NCBI GenBank assembly: GCA_963723305.1
Contig: CAVRRT010000046.1
Location: 239-64,238, forward strand
From: an uncultured Pseudomonadota bacterium
Lineage (GTDB): Bacteria > Myxococcota_A > Polyangia > Fen-1088
Reading direction: 5' to 3'
DNA: 64,000 nt
Shown here: one piece after another, positions 1-9,416 of the stretch
Layout of the letters: each line of letters starts with the position of its first letter
How positions within the stretch are numbered: position 1 is the first letter of the stretch
Made by a program: the position numbers and the translations under genes
The notes under the pieces: generated by a model
Database searches by the model: none
What the model was told of the DNA's origin: nothing
The model's input: the letters and a program-made list of their open reading frames with translations, nothing else

Positions 1-300
1 CTTTTGCCGTTGCAGGACATTAAAGAACCTACTGGCCTGTCTTTCTGTACTCGCTCTTTCAGATCTCGAATAGATGACGGGAAATTTGTATTCACGCCCC
101 TGTGTGTGGGGTCTCTCTATGCCTACGTATTTGGTAGGGCTTTTTGTTATTGATCAGGATTCTTACCTCAAGCCGTTCGAATAAGGGCCACGGGCCAGTA
201 CCAGTAAGCTGGCCAATTCTCGGCGGGGCTGAGATATGATGGAGTCGCAGAAGTTCTAGAAGGTGCGGCGCAGCTTAAAGGAGTTACTTGCCGGCGTCTA
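1..300. other. AT-rich non-coding segment downstream of the SOD gene
   Basis: No ORF >=60 aa before 168. By eye the G+C is far below the rest of the window. It contains AGATCT (61-66), TCTAGA (255-260) and TTACTTGCCG (284-293). The same three motifs occur in the same order in the second AT-rich segment at 4404-4485. Confidence 0.5.
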
Positions 301-312
301 TTGCGAGTTTGT

Positions 313-945
313 TCAGGCGTCGGTTGCGCCCCGCAAGGAGAGGTCGAGGCCGCGCACCTTTTCGAACCGCTGCGCAACGTCGATCCAATTCCAAATATTC
401 CAGACCGCCTCGAAGAAGCTCTTCTTGTCGGGGCCGTACTGTAAATAGAACGCGTGCTCCCAGGCGTCGAGCACCAGAAGCGGGATGCCGCCCTGATTGA
501 CGTTGCTCTGGTGATCGTAGATTTGCGTCGTTACCAATCGTTTGGCGACTGGCTCCCAGGTGAGCGCCGCCCATCCCGACCCCATGAGCGTCATCGCCGC
601 GTTGGTGAGCTGGGCACGGAACGGGGTGAACCCGCCGAAGTCCTGTTTGATCTGCTCGGCGAGCGGACCGGTCGGCTCGCCGCCCGCCTTGGGCGCCAGG
701 TTCTGCCAGAAGAGCGCGTGCAGGACGTGGCCGGAGGTGTGAAACGCCAGCGCCTTCTCGAGCGCCGCGATCTTCGCGAAGTCGTTCTTGGCGCGCGCCT
801 CGGCCAGCCCTTCGGCGGCGGTGTTGGCGCCGGTGACGTAGGCCTGATGATGCTTGTCGTGATGGAGTTGCATGATCTTGCCCGAGACGTGCGGCTCGAG
901 GGCGCCGTAGTCGTAGGCCAGCTCTGGGAGTGTGTACTTTGGCAT
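313..945 (-). CDS. Fe/Mn-family superoxide dismutase
   Basis: 210-aa ORF. It has MPKYTLPELAYDYGALEPH, HHDKHHQAY and DAWEHAFYLQY motifs typical of Fe/Mn SODs. Metal specificity cannot be decided from the sequence alone. Confidence 0.95.
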   Translation of the reverse strand: MPKYTLPELAYDYGALEPHVSGKIMQLHHDKHHQAYVTGANTAAEGLAEARAKNDFAKIAALEKALAFHTSGHVLHALFWQNLAPKAGGEPTGPLAEQIKQDFGGFTPFRAQLTNAAMTLMGSGWAALTWEPVAKRLVTTQIYDHQSNVNQGGIPLLVLDAWEHAFYLQYGPDKKSFFEAVWNIWNWIDVAQRFEKVRGLDLSLRGATDA

Positions 946-1051
946 GGCGCGAAATATGACAACCGCCCGCCGCGACGCAAGGGCGGATGAGCTTGCCCCC
1001 CGCCTGGTCGGCGCCGCGGCCGCGGCCCCCAGGCTCGGGTCGCGCCCCCGG

Positions 1052-2080
1052 TCAGGGACGAACGAGGCGTTTTTCCCGACGGAGCCGCTTGCGGACGACG
1101 GCGGCGGCGCGCCGGTCCATGGTGGCCTGCGTCGGTTGACGGCCCTGCATCGGCGCCTGCTCGGAGTGGTGCTCGACGAAGTCGCCCGGCGCGCAGCCGA
1201 GCTCGAACATCGTCACCTCGCGCTTGCCACGATCACCGAAGCGAAACGGCACCACCGCGGCGCCGATTCCGGCACCGACGTAAACCGCGCCGGCCGGCTC
1301 GCCCTGCGCGCCGGCGTGGTCGCGCGAGCCGTAGAGGCCGTGCACGTAGCGGTGGCCGGCGATCATCCCGACCGCCAGCTCGTGGAGCCGCGCCAGCGTG
1401 ACCTGCCCGCCGTGCGTGTGCCCCGACAAGACCAGGGGGATCCCATGAAGCCACAGACCGTCGGCCTCCTCGGCGATGTGTGACAGCGCGATGGAGGGCA
1501 GGTCGGTGCGCAGCCCTTTGACGGCGGCGTCGCGCTGCGCGTGGCCCGTGTACGCGTCGTCGAGGCCGACCACCTGCAGCCTCTCGCCGCGGAGAGTGAC
1601 CGTCGTGTGCCGATTGCGCAGCACCTCGGCGCCGCCCCGCTCGAGCGCGTGCTGAACCTCGTCGGCGCCGGACCAGTAGTCGTGGTTGCCGAGCACCGCG
1701 ATGACGGGCGCCTGGAACAAGCGGATCACCTCGGCCAGCTGATCGAGGTAGAGCTGGCTGTGGCAGACGAAGTCGCCAGAGAGCAGCACCAGGTCGGGGT
1801 GCTCGGCGTTGGTCATTTCCACCGCCGCGCGCTGCACCTCGAACGGCGTAATCCGGCCGACGTGCAAGTCGGTCAGGTGCGCCACGCGCAGATGGCTCAC
1901 CTGGTTTCGGTAGGCCGCCGGCCCTGCGAAGCGGCGCAGCGCAATTCCATACCGGCGGGCGCCGCTCGACGGGCGTGGGCCGGCATGCCCACGGCGGGCC
2001 GCCATGCGCGCGGCCCAGGCTGCTGCATCCTTGACCGTCGTGGGGACCGGCGCCGTAACAGTCGTAAACGAACCGCTCAC
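1052..2080 (-). CDS. Calcineurin-like metallophosphoesterase
   Basis: 342-aa ORF with DLHVG, GDFV, GNHDYW and GHTHGGQ motifs. GTG start at 2080 is preceded by GGAGG. Confidence 0.85.
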   Translation of the reverse strand: MSGSFTTVTAPVPTTVKDAAAWAARMAARRGHAGPRPSSGARRYGIALRRFAGPAAYRNQVSHLRVAHLTDLHVGRITPFEVQRAAVEMTNAEHPDLVLLSGDFVCHSQLYLDQLAEVIRLFQAPVIAVLGNHDYWSGADEVQHALERGGAEVLRNRHTTVTLRGERLQVVGLDDAYTGHAQRDAAVKGLRTDLPSIALSHIAEEADGLWLHGIPLVLSGHTHGGQVTLARLHELAVGMIAGHRYVHGLYGSRDHAGAQGEPAGAVYVGAGIGAAVVPFRFGDRGKREVTMFELGCAPGDFVEHHSEQAPMQGRQPTQATMDRRAAAVVRKRLRREKRLVRP

Positions 2081-2231
2081 GTAACACCTCCACTATAGCT
2101 CCGCCGTCGAAGCCGCGCGGCGAAATCGCCGCGCACCTCAGCCTACAACCTGGGCTGGGGCGCCGGGGCGCCGTGGGCGGCAGACCCCTGGCGCCAGCGC
2201 AAGGCTCGAAGCTCTGCCGTAGGGCCCGGCG

Positions 2232-3125
2232 CTAGAGCGCCTCGCCCTGCTGGACCAGTTCCAGGAAGGCGCGGGCGGCGTGGCTGAGCGTGCGGGCCTT
2301 GGCGTAGAGCAGCCGGACCTTGCGTTCGACGTGCAGCTCCTTGACGTTCACCTCGCGCACCACGCCGCTTTCGACGTCCTGGCGCACGCACATGCGGGGC
2401 AGGAAGGCGACCCCTTCCCCGTTCTGGACCAGCCGGCGGATCGTCTCCAGCGTCGGCATCTCGACGTCCATCCGCAAGGGGACCTTGTGGCGGCGGAACT
2501 CGCGCACCACCACCTCGCGGTAGGGGGAGATGACGTTGTGGGCGATGAAGGTCTCCTCGCCGAGCTCGCTGATCGAGACCGCGCGGCGCCTGGCGAAGCG
2601 GTGCTTGGGCGAGACGATAAAGGCCAGCGCGTCGGTGTAGATGACCTTGGCCACCAGGCGATCGTCGCCGGGATCGTAGCTGGCGACGCCGAGCTCGAGA
2701 TCGCCCTCCAGCAGCTCGACAGGGATGCGGCTCGACTGGCTTCTGCGAACCTGGACCTTGATCTTGGGGAAGCGGCCGCGGTAGCGCTGGATGTAGGGCA
2801 GGAGATAGAGCGTCGACGATTCGTTGGCGCCGATGATGAGTCGGCCGGACGACTTGTCGCGCAGCTCGGCCAGGGCGCCTTCCAGCTCATCTTCGAGGTT
2901 GCGGAAGCGCCGGGCGAAATCGAGCACGGTGCGACCGGTGTCGGTCGGCACCAGCTCCCTGGCGCCGCGATCTATCAGTTTTTCGCCCAGCTCGCTTTCC
3001 AGCCGTTGCACCGCCAGCGAGATGGCCGGCTGGGTGCGGAAGAGTTTTTCGGCGGCGCGTGAAAAACTGCGCTCACCGACGACGGTGGCAAAAACCTGCA
3101 GGGCGTGGAGCTCCATGGCCGGCAT
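2232..3125 (-). CDS. LysR-family transcriptional regulator
   Basis: N-terminal HTH MELHALQVFATVVGERSFSRAAEKLFRTQPAISLAVQRLE followed by a LysR substrate-binding region. The ORF is open to 3182, but homology starts at the ATG at 3125. Confidence 0.9.
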   Translation of the reverse strand: MPAMELHALQVFATVVGERSFSRAAEKLFRTQPAISLAVQRLESELGEKLIDRGARELVPTDTGRTVLDFARRFRNLEDELEGALAELRDKSSGRLIIGANESSTLYLLPYIQRYRGRFPKIKVQVRRSQSSRIPVELLEGDLELGVASYDPGDDRLVAKVIYTDALAFIVSPKHRFARRRAVSISELGEETFIAHNVISPYREVVVREFRRHKVPLRMDVEMPTLETIRRLVQNGEGVAFLPRMCVRQDVESGVVREVNVKELHVERKVRLLYAKARTLSHAARAFLELVQQGEAL

Positions 3126-3133
3126 GGTAGAGC

Positions 3134-3148
3134 ATAAGATTCGCTTAT
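3134..3148. promoter_or_regulatory. LTTR-box-like inverted repeat ATAAG-N5-CTTAT (T-N11-A) in the divergent LysR / IPMS-like intergenic region
   Basis: Perfect 5-bp arms ATAAG/CTTAT at 3134-3138 and 3144-3148. They lie in an AT-rich spacer between the two divergent genes. This is a pattern match only. Confidence 0.35.
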
Positions 3149-3210
3149 CGAACCAAGAATAATTATAAATTTGCGATATCAATCCTCAAGACCCAAGGTT
3201 GAGCCCCAGG

Positions 3211-4428
3211 ATGACGACAACGACGACGACGATGACCACGCCCACCATGTCGACCGCGACCCCCGAAAAAGTTCACATCTTCGACACCACCTTGCGCGAC
3301 GGCGAGCAGGCCCCCGGCTGCAGCATGACCGTGAGCGAGAAGCTGCGCCTGGCCCACAAACTCTGCGAGCTGGGCGTGGACATCATGGAGGCGGGGTTTC
3401 CCATCGCCTCGGTGGGCGACTTCGAGGCGGTGCAGAAGGTGAGCCACGAGGTCCCCGTCAAGGTCGCCGCGCTGGCGCGCGCCACCGCGCTCGATGTCGA
3501 GCGGGCGGTCAAGGCGCTGGAGGGGGCGCGCCTGGCTCCCCGCGTCCACGTCTTCCTGGCCACCAGCGACGTCCACCTCAAGTACAAGTTGAAGAAGACG
3601 CGCGCCCAGGTGCTGGACGAGGCGGCGGCCGCGGTGGCGCTGGCGCGCAAGCACGTCGCCGACGTCGAGTTCTCCGCCGAAGACGGCGGGCGCACGCCGA
3701 TCGAGTACCTGATCGAGGTTTCACGGGCGGTCGTCGCCGCCGGGGCGACGACGGTCAACATCCCCGACACCGTCGGTTACGGGATCCCGGCCGAGTACGG
3801 CGCGCTCATCGGCCAGGTGGTGGTCGCGCTCGGCAAGTCGGCCATCGTCAGCGTCCACTGCCACAACGATCTCGGGCTGGCGGTCGCCAACTCGCTGTCG
3901 GCCATCCAGAACGGCGCGCGCCAGGTCGAGTGCACGGTGAACGGCATCGGCGAGCGGGCCGGCAACTGCTCGTTGGAGGAGATCGTGATGGTCTTGAAGA
4001 CCCGCGCCGACAAGCTCCCCTACATGACCAGCATCAGGACGGAGCAGCTCTTTCCGGCCAGCCAGCTGCTCACCGAGATCATCGGCGTCGGCGTCCAGCC
4101 GAACAAGGCGATCGTCGGGGCCAACGCCTTCGCGCACGAGGCCGGCATCCACCAGGACGGCTTCCTCAAGGAGCGAACCACCTACGAGATCATCGAGCCG
4201 AGGAGCGTCGGGGTGCCGGAGAGCCGTCTGGTGCTCGGCAAGCACAGCGGCCGCCACGCCCTCGGCGCGCGCTGCAAGGACCTCGGCCTGGCCGTCGACA
4301 AGGCGCAGCTCGACGAGCTCTACACTCGGTTCACCGCGCTGGCCGACCGGCAAAAAGGGATCACGGATGACGAGATCCGCCGCCTCACGGCCCAGGTCGT
4401 TCAAGATCTATCTAGAAAAATAGCGTAA
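3211..4428 (+). CDS. 2-isopropylmalate synthase / homocitrate synthase family enzyme (HMGL-like TIM barrel) lacking the C-terminal LeuA allosteric domain
   Basis: Carries HIFDTTLRDGEQ, HCHNDLGLAVANS and LGKHSGRHA motifs. The protein ends (..QVVQDLSRKIA) where LeuA regulatory domains normally begin. The start is ambiguous (TTG 3199, ATG 3211, 3232, 3247), and the N-terminus is a Thr run, MTTTTTTMTTPTM. Confidence 0.85.
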   Translation: MTTTTTTMTTPTMSTATPEKVHIFDTTLRDGEQAPGCSMTVSEKLRLAHKLCELGVDIMEAGFPIASVGDFEAVQKVSHEVPVKVAALARATALDVERAVKALEGARLAPRVHVFLATSDVHLKYKLKKTRAQVLDEAAAAVALARKHVADVEFSAEDGGRTPIEYLIEVSRAVVAAGATTVNIPDTVGYGIPAEYGALIGQVVVALGKSAIVSVHCHNDLGLAVANSLSAIQNGARQVECTVNGIGERAGNCSLEEIVMVLKTRADKLPYMTSIRTEQLFPASQLLTEIIGVGVQPNKAIVGANAFAHEAGIHQDGFLKERTTYEIIEPRSVGVPESRLVLGKHSGRHALGARCKDLGLAVDKAQLDELYTRFTALADRQKGITDDEIRRLTAQVVQDLSRKIA

Positions 4429-4490
4429 TTTCAATTACTTGAAAAATATTATCGAAAGTTTGTAAGTACGCTAAATTACTTGCCGTGAGC
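4405..4490. other. Short AT-rich non-coding segment abutting the 3' end of the IPMS-like gene
   Basis: AGATCT 4404-4409, TCTAGA 4411-4416. AATTACTTG is directly repeated at 4433-4441 and 4474-4482. TTACTTGCCG at 4476-4485 is also present at 284-293. Confidence 0.5.
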
Positions 4491-4506
4491 CGCCGATGCT
4501 TCAGGC

Positions 4507-5331
4507 ATGGTCGCGAAGCGTGTGGCCCGAAGTGTGGGGTTCCTCTGGCTCGCAACTGCAGCTTTCGGTTGTGGCCAGCCGGGTGAAGGAGATGTCCGCA
4601 CGACGGACGTCGCTGTCGTCGCCGAGAACGGGCTGACGGCCAACGGCCTGACGGCCAACGGCCTGACCGCCAACGGCCTGACCGCCAACGGCTTGACCGC
4701 CAACGGCCTGACGGCCAACGGCCTGACGGCCAACGGCCTAACCGCCAATGGCCTGACCGCCAACGGGTTGACCGCGGGAGCGATGACCGATCCGCTGTCG
4801 CGCGAGCTCATGAAGTACATCGTGTCGTGCGCGCTCTCCGACCAGCAGAGCCTGTCGCTCACGATCGCCGGGACGGCCTACACCTTCCCCGGCTCGATCG
4901 GTCTGGCGCCGCAGTGGGGAGCGGCCAACGGATCGTGCGACGGGTCGTGCCAGCGCTGGGTCTCGGCCTGCGTCATCGCCCGCGTCGACGCGGCGGGGAT
5001 CGACCGCGAGATCTCCATCCGCGGGCCGAATTTGGCGTTGCTGCCGAGCTGGAGCGAGCTCTCCCAGTACACCCAGCGCGAGGCGACCTACTTCGGCAAC
5101 ATCTTCATCCCCGGTGAGCCTCGCTTTCTCTGTCTGTCGCCTGGCCAAACCGAGGACCAGCGCGCCTGCGGCCCTTCGCTCGCCGACTGCCCGATGACGG
5201 TCCTGGGGTCTTGCGCCCGCGACTGCCTCTTCCAGGGGCTGTTCGGTGACTTCGATATCTGCAGCGACGCGGGGCGCGTCGGTACGGGCAACACCTACCT
5301 CGAAAGTGTCACCGTCTATCTGCCGAAGTAA
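4507..5331 (+). CDS. Secreted lipoprotein with (NGLTA)x10 repeat and Cys-rich C-terminal domain, function unknown
   Basis: Signal peptide plus lipobox (LATAAFGC), ten NGLTA pentapeptides, then a ~180-aa domain with 10 Cys. The stop lies 5 nt before the kinase gene start. Confidence 0.7.
   Translation: MVAKRVARSVGFLWLATAAFGCGQPGEGDVRTTDVAVVAENGLTANGLTANGLTANGLTANGLTANGLTANGLTANGLTANGLTANGLTAGAMTDPLSRELMKYIVSCALSDQQSLSLTIAGTAYTFPGSIGLAPQWGAANGSCDGSCQRWVSACVIARVDAAGIDREISIRGPNLALLPSWSELSQYTQREATYFGNIFIPGEPRFLCLSPGQTEDQRACGPSLADCPMTVLGSCARDCLFQGLFGDFDICSDAGRVGTGNTYLESVTVYLPK
4627..4776 (+). repeat. 15-bp in-frame tandem repeat x10 (AACGGCCTGACSGCC, encodes NGLTA)
   Basis: Units start every 15 nt from 4627 to 4762. 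Only synonymous third-position variation is seen (acg/acc, ctg/ttg/cta, aac/aat). Confidence 0.95.
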
Positions 5332-5336
5332 ACGGT

Positions 5337-8300
5337 GTGATCGAGCGGGTCGTCGCCGGGCGGTTCCAACTCCTCGCCGAGGCCGGCGCGGGCGGCATGG
5401 GTGCGGTCTATCGCGCGCGCGATCTGGCCACCGGCGCCACCGTGGCGGTGAAGATCCTCACCGGCCGCGAGGTGCGTGAGGCGCAGCGGTTCGATCAGGA
5501 GGCGGCCATCCTGGCCGGCCTCGTCCATCCGGCGATCGTCCGCTACATCACCCACGGCGTCGCCGACAACGGGGCGCGCTACATCGCCATGGAGTGGCTG
5601 GACGGGGAGGATCTGGCGGCGCGCCTCGAGCGCGAGCACCCGACGATCGCCGAGACCGTCGCCATCGCCCGCCGCACGGCGGAGGCGCTGGCGCACGCGC
5701 ACAAGGAGGGGGTGGTCCATCGCGACGTGAAGCCGGGGAACCTTTTTCTTCCCGGCGGCGCCATCGAACGGCTCAAGGTGCTCGACTTCGGCATCGCGCG
5801 GTTGACGAGCGGGGCGCGCAAGCTGACCCGTACCGGCGCGGTGATCGGGACGCCCGGCTACATGGCGCCGGAGCTGGTGCGCGGCGCGCGCGACATCACC
5901 CCGCGCGCCGACGTCTTCTCGCTGGGCTGCGTGCTGTTTCAGTGTCTGACCGGCCGCGCGGTGTTCGAGGCCGAGGCCCCCACGGCGCTGCTGGCCAAGA
6001 TCCTCCTCGTGGAGGCGCCCCGCGTCCGCGACTTCGCGCCGCACGTCCCGGCGGCGGTCGACGACTGCGTGGCCCGCATGCTGGCCAAGGACCCCGAGCG
6101 GCGGCTCCCCGACGCGGGCGCCGTCCTCGAGGCGCTCGCCTCGCTGGGCCCGCTCGGCGACGGCCGGGTGACCGGCGGCGCGCGCCGGGGCGAGGCGACG
6201 ATGGCGCTCACCGCCAGCGAGCGGCGGATCGCCTGCGTCGTCATCGCCGGCCCGTCGCTGACGGGGGAGCGGCGCTGGAGCGGTGAGACACCGCCGCCGT
6301 CTGCTACACCCCCCGCCGAGGAGGCTTTGCTGGCCGGGCGGCTGCGCCGCCTGCTCGCCATCGAAGACAATCTGGCCCGCGTGCACGGCGCCCGGATCCA
6401 CCCGCTCCCCGACGGCTCGGTGGTGGTCTCGCTGCCGGAGGTCGAGCGCGCGGCCGATCAGGCGGCGCGGGCCGCCCGCTGCGCGCTGGCGATGCGCAGC
6501 GTTCTCCCGGACGTCGCGCTCGTGGTGTCGACCGGCCAGGGGCGCTTTTCGACCTGGTCGGCGGTGGGGACGGTGATCGACGACGGGATGCGGCTCCTGC
6601 GGGGGACGCCTCCGGGCGCCATCCGTCTCGACGACGTGGCCGCTGGCCTCCTCGACGCGCGCTTCGACGTCCGCCGCGACGGCACGGCGCCCTACCTGCG
6701 CGCGGAGCGCGATGCCTTCGGGGTTCAGCGCCCGTTGCTGGGGAAGGCCACGCCGCTCGTCGGCCGCGGGCGGGAGATGTCGATGCTGACCACGCTCTTC
6801 GCCGGCACGGTGGCCGAGTCGGTCGCCACGCCGGTGCTGGTGATCGGCGCGGCCGGCGTCGGCAAGTCGCGGCTGCGGCAGGAGCTGGTCGAGTGGGTGC
6901 AGCGCCAGCCCGATCACGCCGAGGTGCTGTTCGGCGGCGTCGACTCGGTCGGCGCCGGATCGCCCTTCGCCATGCTGGCCCGTGCGATCCGACGGGCGGC
7001 GGGGATCGTCGAGGGCGAGCCGCTCGAGGCGCGGCGCGAGAAGCTGGCCGCGCGCGTCGCGCGCCACGTCGATCGCGAGGCGCGCGATCGCGTGGCCGAG
7101 TTTCTGGGCGAGATCGCCGACGTGCGGTGCGCGGAGGGGAGCGAGGCGCTGCGCACGGCGCGCGGCAACCCGCAGCTGATGGGCGACGGCATGCGCCGCG
7201 CCTTCGAGGACTGGCTGCTGGCCGAGTGCGCGGCCCACCCGGTGCTGCTGGTGCTGGAGGATCTGCACTGGGGCGATCTGGGAACGGTGAGCTTTCTCGA
7301 CGGCGCGCTGCGCAACCTGCACGACCAGCCGCTCATGGTGCTGGCGATGGCGCGTCCGGAGGTGGAGGAGCGCTTCCCGGAGATCTGGACGGCGCGCCAT
7401 CTGCAGACGGTTCGCCTGGGGCCGCTCTCTCTGCGCGCGAGCGAGCAGCTGGTGCGGCAGGCGCTGGGGACCATCGGCGACGATCTGCTGGCCCGGCTGG
7501 TCGAGCGCGCCGACGGCAACGCGTTCTATCTGGAGGAGCTGGTCCGCGCGACGGCGGCCGGCCGCGCCGACGCGCTGCCCGATTCGGTGCTGGCCATGGT
7601 GCAGGCGCGCCTCGACGCCGAGGGGAGCGGCGGCAAGCGCGTGCTGCGGGCGGCGGCCGTCTTCGGCGAGAGGTTTTCGCGGGCCGGCCTGGCCGCGCTC
7701 TTGGGCGAGGCGGCCGAGATCGACGACGTCTCGGACGCGGTCGAGCGACTGGCGGCGCACGAGCTGGTGGTGCGCACCTCGACCCCGGCCCGCGCGGGGG
7801 ACGTCGAGTTCGTGTTCGCGCACGCGCTGGTCCGCGAGGCGGCGTACGCCATGCTCACCGACGAGGATCGCCTCCTCGGTCATCGCTTGGCCGGCGCCTG
7901 GCTCGAAACGGCCGGGGCCACCGACGCCATGGTGATGGCCGAGCACTTCCGGCGCGGCGCCGAGCCTGCGCGCGCCGTGCGCTGGTACGAGCGGGCGGCC
8001 GCGCAGGCGCTGAGCGCCAACGATCTCGGCGCCGCGATCGGGCGCGCCGAGCTGGGGATCGAGGGCGGCGCCGCCGGCGAGCTGGCAGGGAACCTGCGTC
8101 TGATCGCCGCCGAGGCCCATGTCTGGCGGGGCGAGTTGGAGGAGGCCGAGCGGCTGGCCCTGGAGGCGGCGGTGGATCTGCCGTCCGGCGGCGCGGCCTG
8201 GCTGCGGGCCCTGGCGCAAGCGATCATCGCCGCCGGCAAGCACGGGCGGCTGGAGGTGGTCGAGCAGCAGGTCGGCCTGGTCGAGGCATCGCCGCTCACC

Positions 8301-9344
8301 GCGGAGCCCACCGTGCGCAGCGCGCGGATCATCTGCTTGGCCTGGGGCGCGAACTTTCTGGTCTTCGGCGGCCGCCACGCCGTCGCCGATCCGCTGATCG
8401 CCACCATCGGGGCGCTGTCCGGCGAGCGGGACGCCGCCCTCGATCCGCGGGCGCTGGGCCTCCTCCATCAGGTGCGGGCGGTGCGGGCGTCGGCGGCCGG
8501 CGATCTGGGGCGCTGCCTGACCGGCCTCGAGTCGGCGCTGCAGTCGTTCGAGCAGGCGGGCGATCTGCGCAACGCCTGCGCGGTCCGCACCAACCTCGGC
8601 TACCTCTACTCAGAGCTCGGCGATCATCAGCGCGCCGAGGCGGCGCTGCGCCAGGCGCTGCTGGCCTCGGATCGCATGGGCCTCTTCGATCTGTCGGCGG
8701 CGGCGCTGCACAACCTCGGTCGCGTGCTGGGGTGCGGGGCCGAGCTCGCCGAGGCCGAACGGCTCGAGCGGCTGGCCATCGAGGCCTTCCGGCGGCAAGG
8801 GGATCCGCGGCTCGAAGGGCTGGCGCGGATCTATCTGGCCGAGATCCTGATCGCCCGCCGGGACTTCGCCGCCGGGGCGGAGGAGGCGGCGGCGGCCATC
8901 GCCGCGCTGGCCGTCGCCCCTTCCACCCAGGTCGCGGCGGTTGGCGCGCTGGCCCGGGCGCGGCTGGGGGCGGGCGATCTGGCCGGCGGCCTGGCCGCCG
9001 CCCGCGACGCCCATCTGGCGCTCGAGCGGCTGGGTGAGATCGAGGAGGGGGAGTCGATGGTGCGGCTGACCTACGCCGAGGCGCTGGCCGCCGCCGGAGA
9101 GCACGATCAGGCCGACGCCGCGCTGGCGACGGCACGCCAGCGCCTGCTGGCGCGCGCGGATCGCGTCGCGGATCCGGGCTGGCGGCACCGCTTCCTGCAC
9201 GACGTGCCGGTCAACGCGCGCATCCTGGCTCTCTCCGCTGCCCCGCGTCCTCCCAAAGTCGGCAACTCCGGCGAGGTCGGCAACTCCGGCGAGTCCGGCA
9301 ACTCCGGCGAGTCCGGCGAGTCCGGATCGAACGCTGCCGCCTGA
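5337..9344 (+). CDS. Ser/Thr protein kinase fused to a degenerate nucleotidyl-cyclase-like domain, a P-loop (AAA/STAND-type) NTPase and TPR-like repeats
   Basis: 1335 aa. Kinase motifs are [22 protein letters not shown] and GTPGYMAPE. Walker A is [10 protein letters not shown]. The helical C-terminus has TPR-like periodicity. The C-terminal GNSGE/SGE repeats are encoded by 18-bp repeats at 9258-9320. Confidence 0.9.
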   Translation: MIERVVAGRFQLLAEAGAGGMGAVYRARDLATGATVAVKILTGREVREAQRFDQEAAILAGLVHPAIVRYITHGVADNGARYIAMEWLDGEDLAARLEREHPTIAETVAIARRTAEALAHAHKEGVVHRDVKPGNLFLPGGAIERLKVLDFGIARLTSGARKLTRTGAVIGTPGYMAPELVRGARDITPRADVFSLGCVLFQCLTGRAVFEAEAPTALLAKILLVEAPRVRDFAPHVPAAVDDCVARMLAKDPERRLPDAGAVLEALASLGPLGDGRVTGGARRGEATMALTASERRIACVVIAGPSLTGERRWSGETPPPSATPPAEEALLAGRLRRLLAIEDNLARVHGARIHPLPDGSVVVSLPEVERAADQAARAARCALAMRSVLPDVALVVSTGQGRFSTWSAVGTVIDDGMRLLRGTPPGAIRLDDVAAGLLDARFDVRRDGTAPYLRAERDAFGVQRPLLGKATPLVGRGREMSMLTTLFAGTVAESVATPVLVIGAAGVGKSRLRQELVEWVQRQPDHAEVLFGGVDSVGAGSPFAMLARAIRRAAGIVEGEPLEARREKLAARVARHVDREARDRVAEFLGEIADVRCAEGSEALRTARGNPQLMGDGMRRAFEDWLLAECAAHPVLLVLEDLHWGDLGTVSFLDGALRNLHDQPLMVLAMARPEVEERFPEIWTARHLQTVRLGPLSLRASEQLVRQALGTIGDDLLARLVERADGNAFYLEELVRATAAGRADALPDSVLAMVQARLDAEGSGGKRVLRAAAVFGERFSRAGLAALLGEAAEIDDVSDAVERLAAHELVVRTSTPARAGDVEFVFAHALVREAAYAMLTDEDRLLGHRLAGAWLETAGATDAMVMAEHFRRGAEPARAVRWYERAAAQALSANDLGAAIGRAELGIEGGAAGELAGNLRLIAAEAHVWRGELEEAERLALEAAVDLPSGGAAWLRALAQAIIAAGKHGRLEVVEQQVGLVEASPLTAEPTVRSARIICLAWGANFLVFGGRHAVADPLIATIGALSGERDAALDPRALGLLHQVRAVRASAAGDLGRCLTGLESALQSFEQAGDLRNACAVRTNLGYLYSELGDHQRAEAALRQALLASDRMGLFDLSAAALHNLGRVLGCGAELAEAERLERLAIEAFRRQGDPRLEGLARIYLAEILIARRDFAAGAEEAAAAIAALAVAPSTQVAAVGALARARLGAGDLAGGLAAARDAHLALERLGEIEEGESMVRLTYAEALAAAGEHDQADAALATARQRLLARADRVADPGWRHRFLHDVPVNARILALSAAPRPPKVGNSGEVGNSGESGNSGESGESGSNAAA

Positions 9345-9416
9345 GCCGAGCCCGCCGGCGTAACGTAAGACGTTTGAAACTTGGCGCCGGGCGACTATGC
9401 TCCGCGACGACCAGCC

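Noticed and set aside
61-4416. AGATCT (BglII) and TCTAGA (XbaI) sites in both AT-rich segments, considered as evidence of a cloning scar or engineered insert.
   Set aside because: No vector-like sequence, selection marker or symmetric scar structure is present. Six-base palindromes are expected occasionally in AT-rich DNA. This is kept only as a weak shared-motif observation.
4627-4776. Tandem direct repeats (4627-4776, 20636-20836, 37165-38108, 46765-46869) considered as possible CRISPR arrays.
   Set aside because: The units are contiguous, with no unique spacers. They are 15-105 bp and in frame, and they encode peptide repeats inside ORFs. No cas genes are present.
5316-8468. Very long antisense or alternative-frame ORFs. 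Examples are 5316..8468(-) 1050 aa, 10217..11944(-) 575 aa, 39840..42587(+) 915 aa, 48425..50770(-) 781 aa, 55475..57931(+) 818 aa and 6893..9037(+) 714 aa.
   Set aside because: They overlap genes with unambiguous homology on the other strand or frame. Their Arg/Ala/Gly/Pro-dominated, motif-free composition is typical of shadow ORFs in very G+C-rich DNA.
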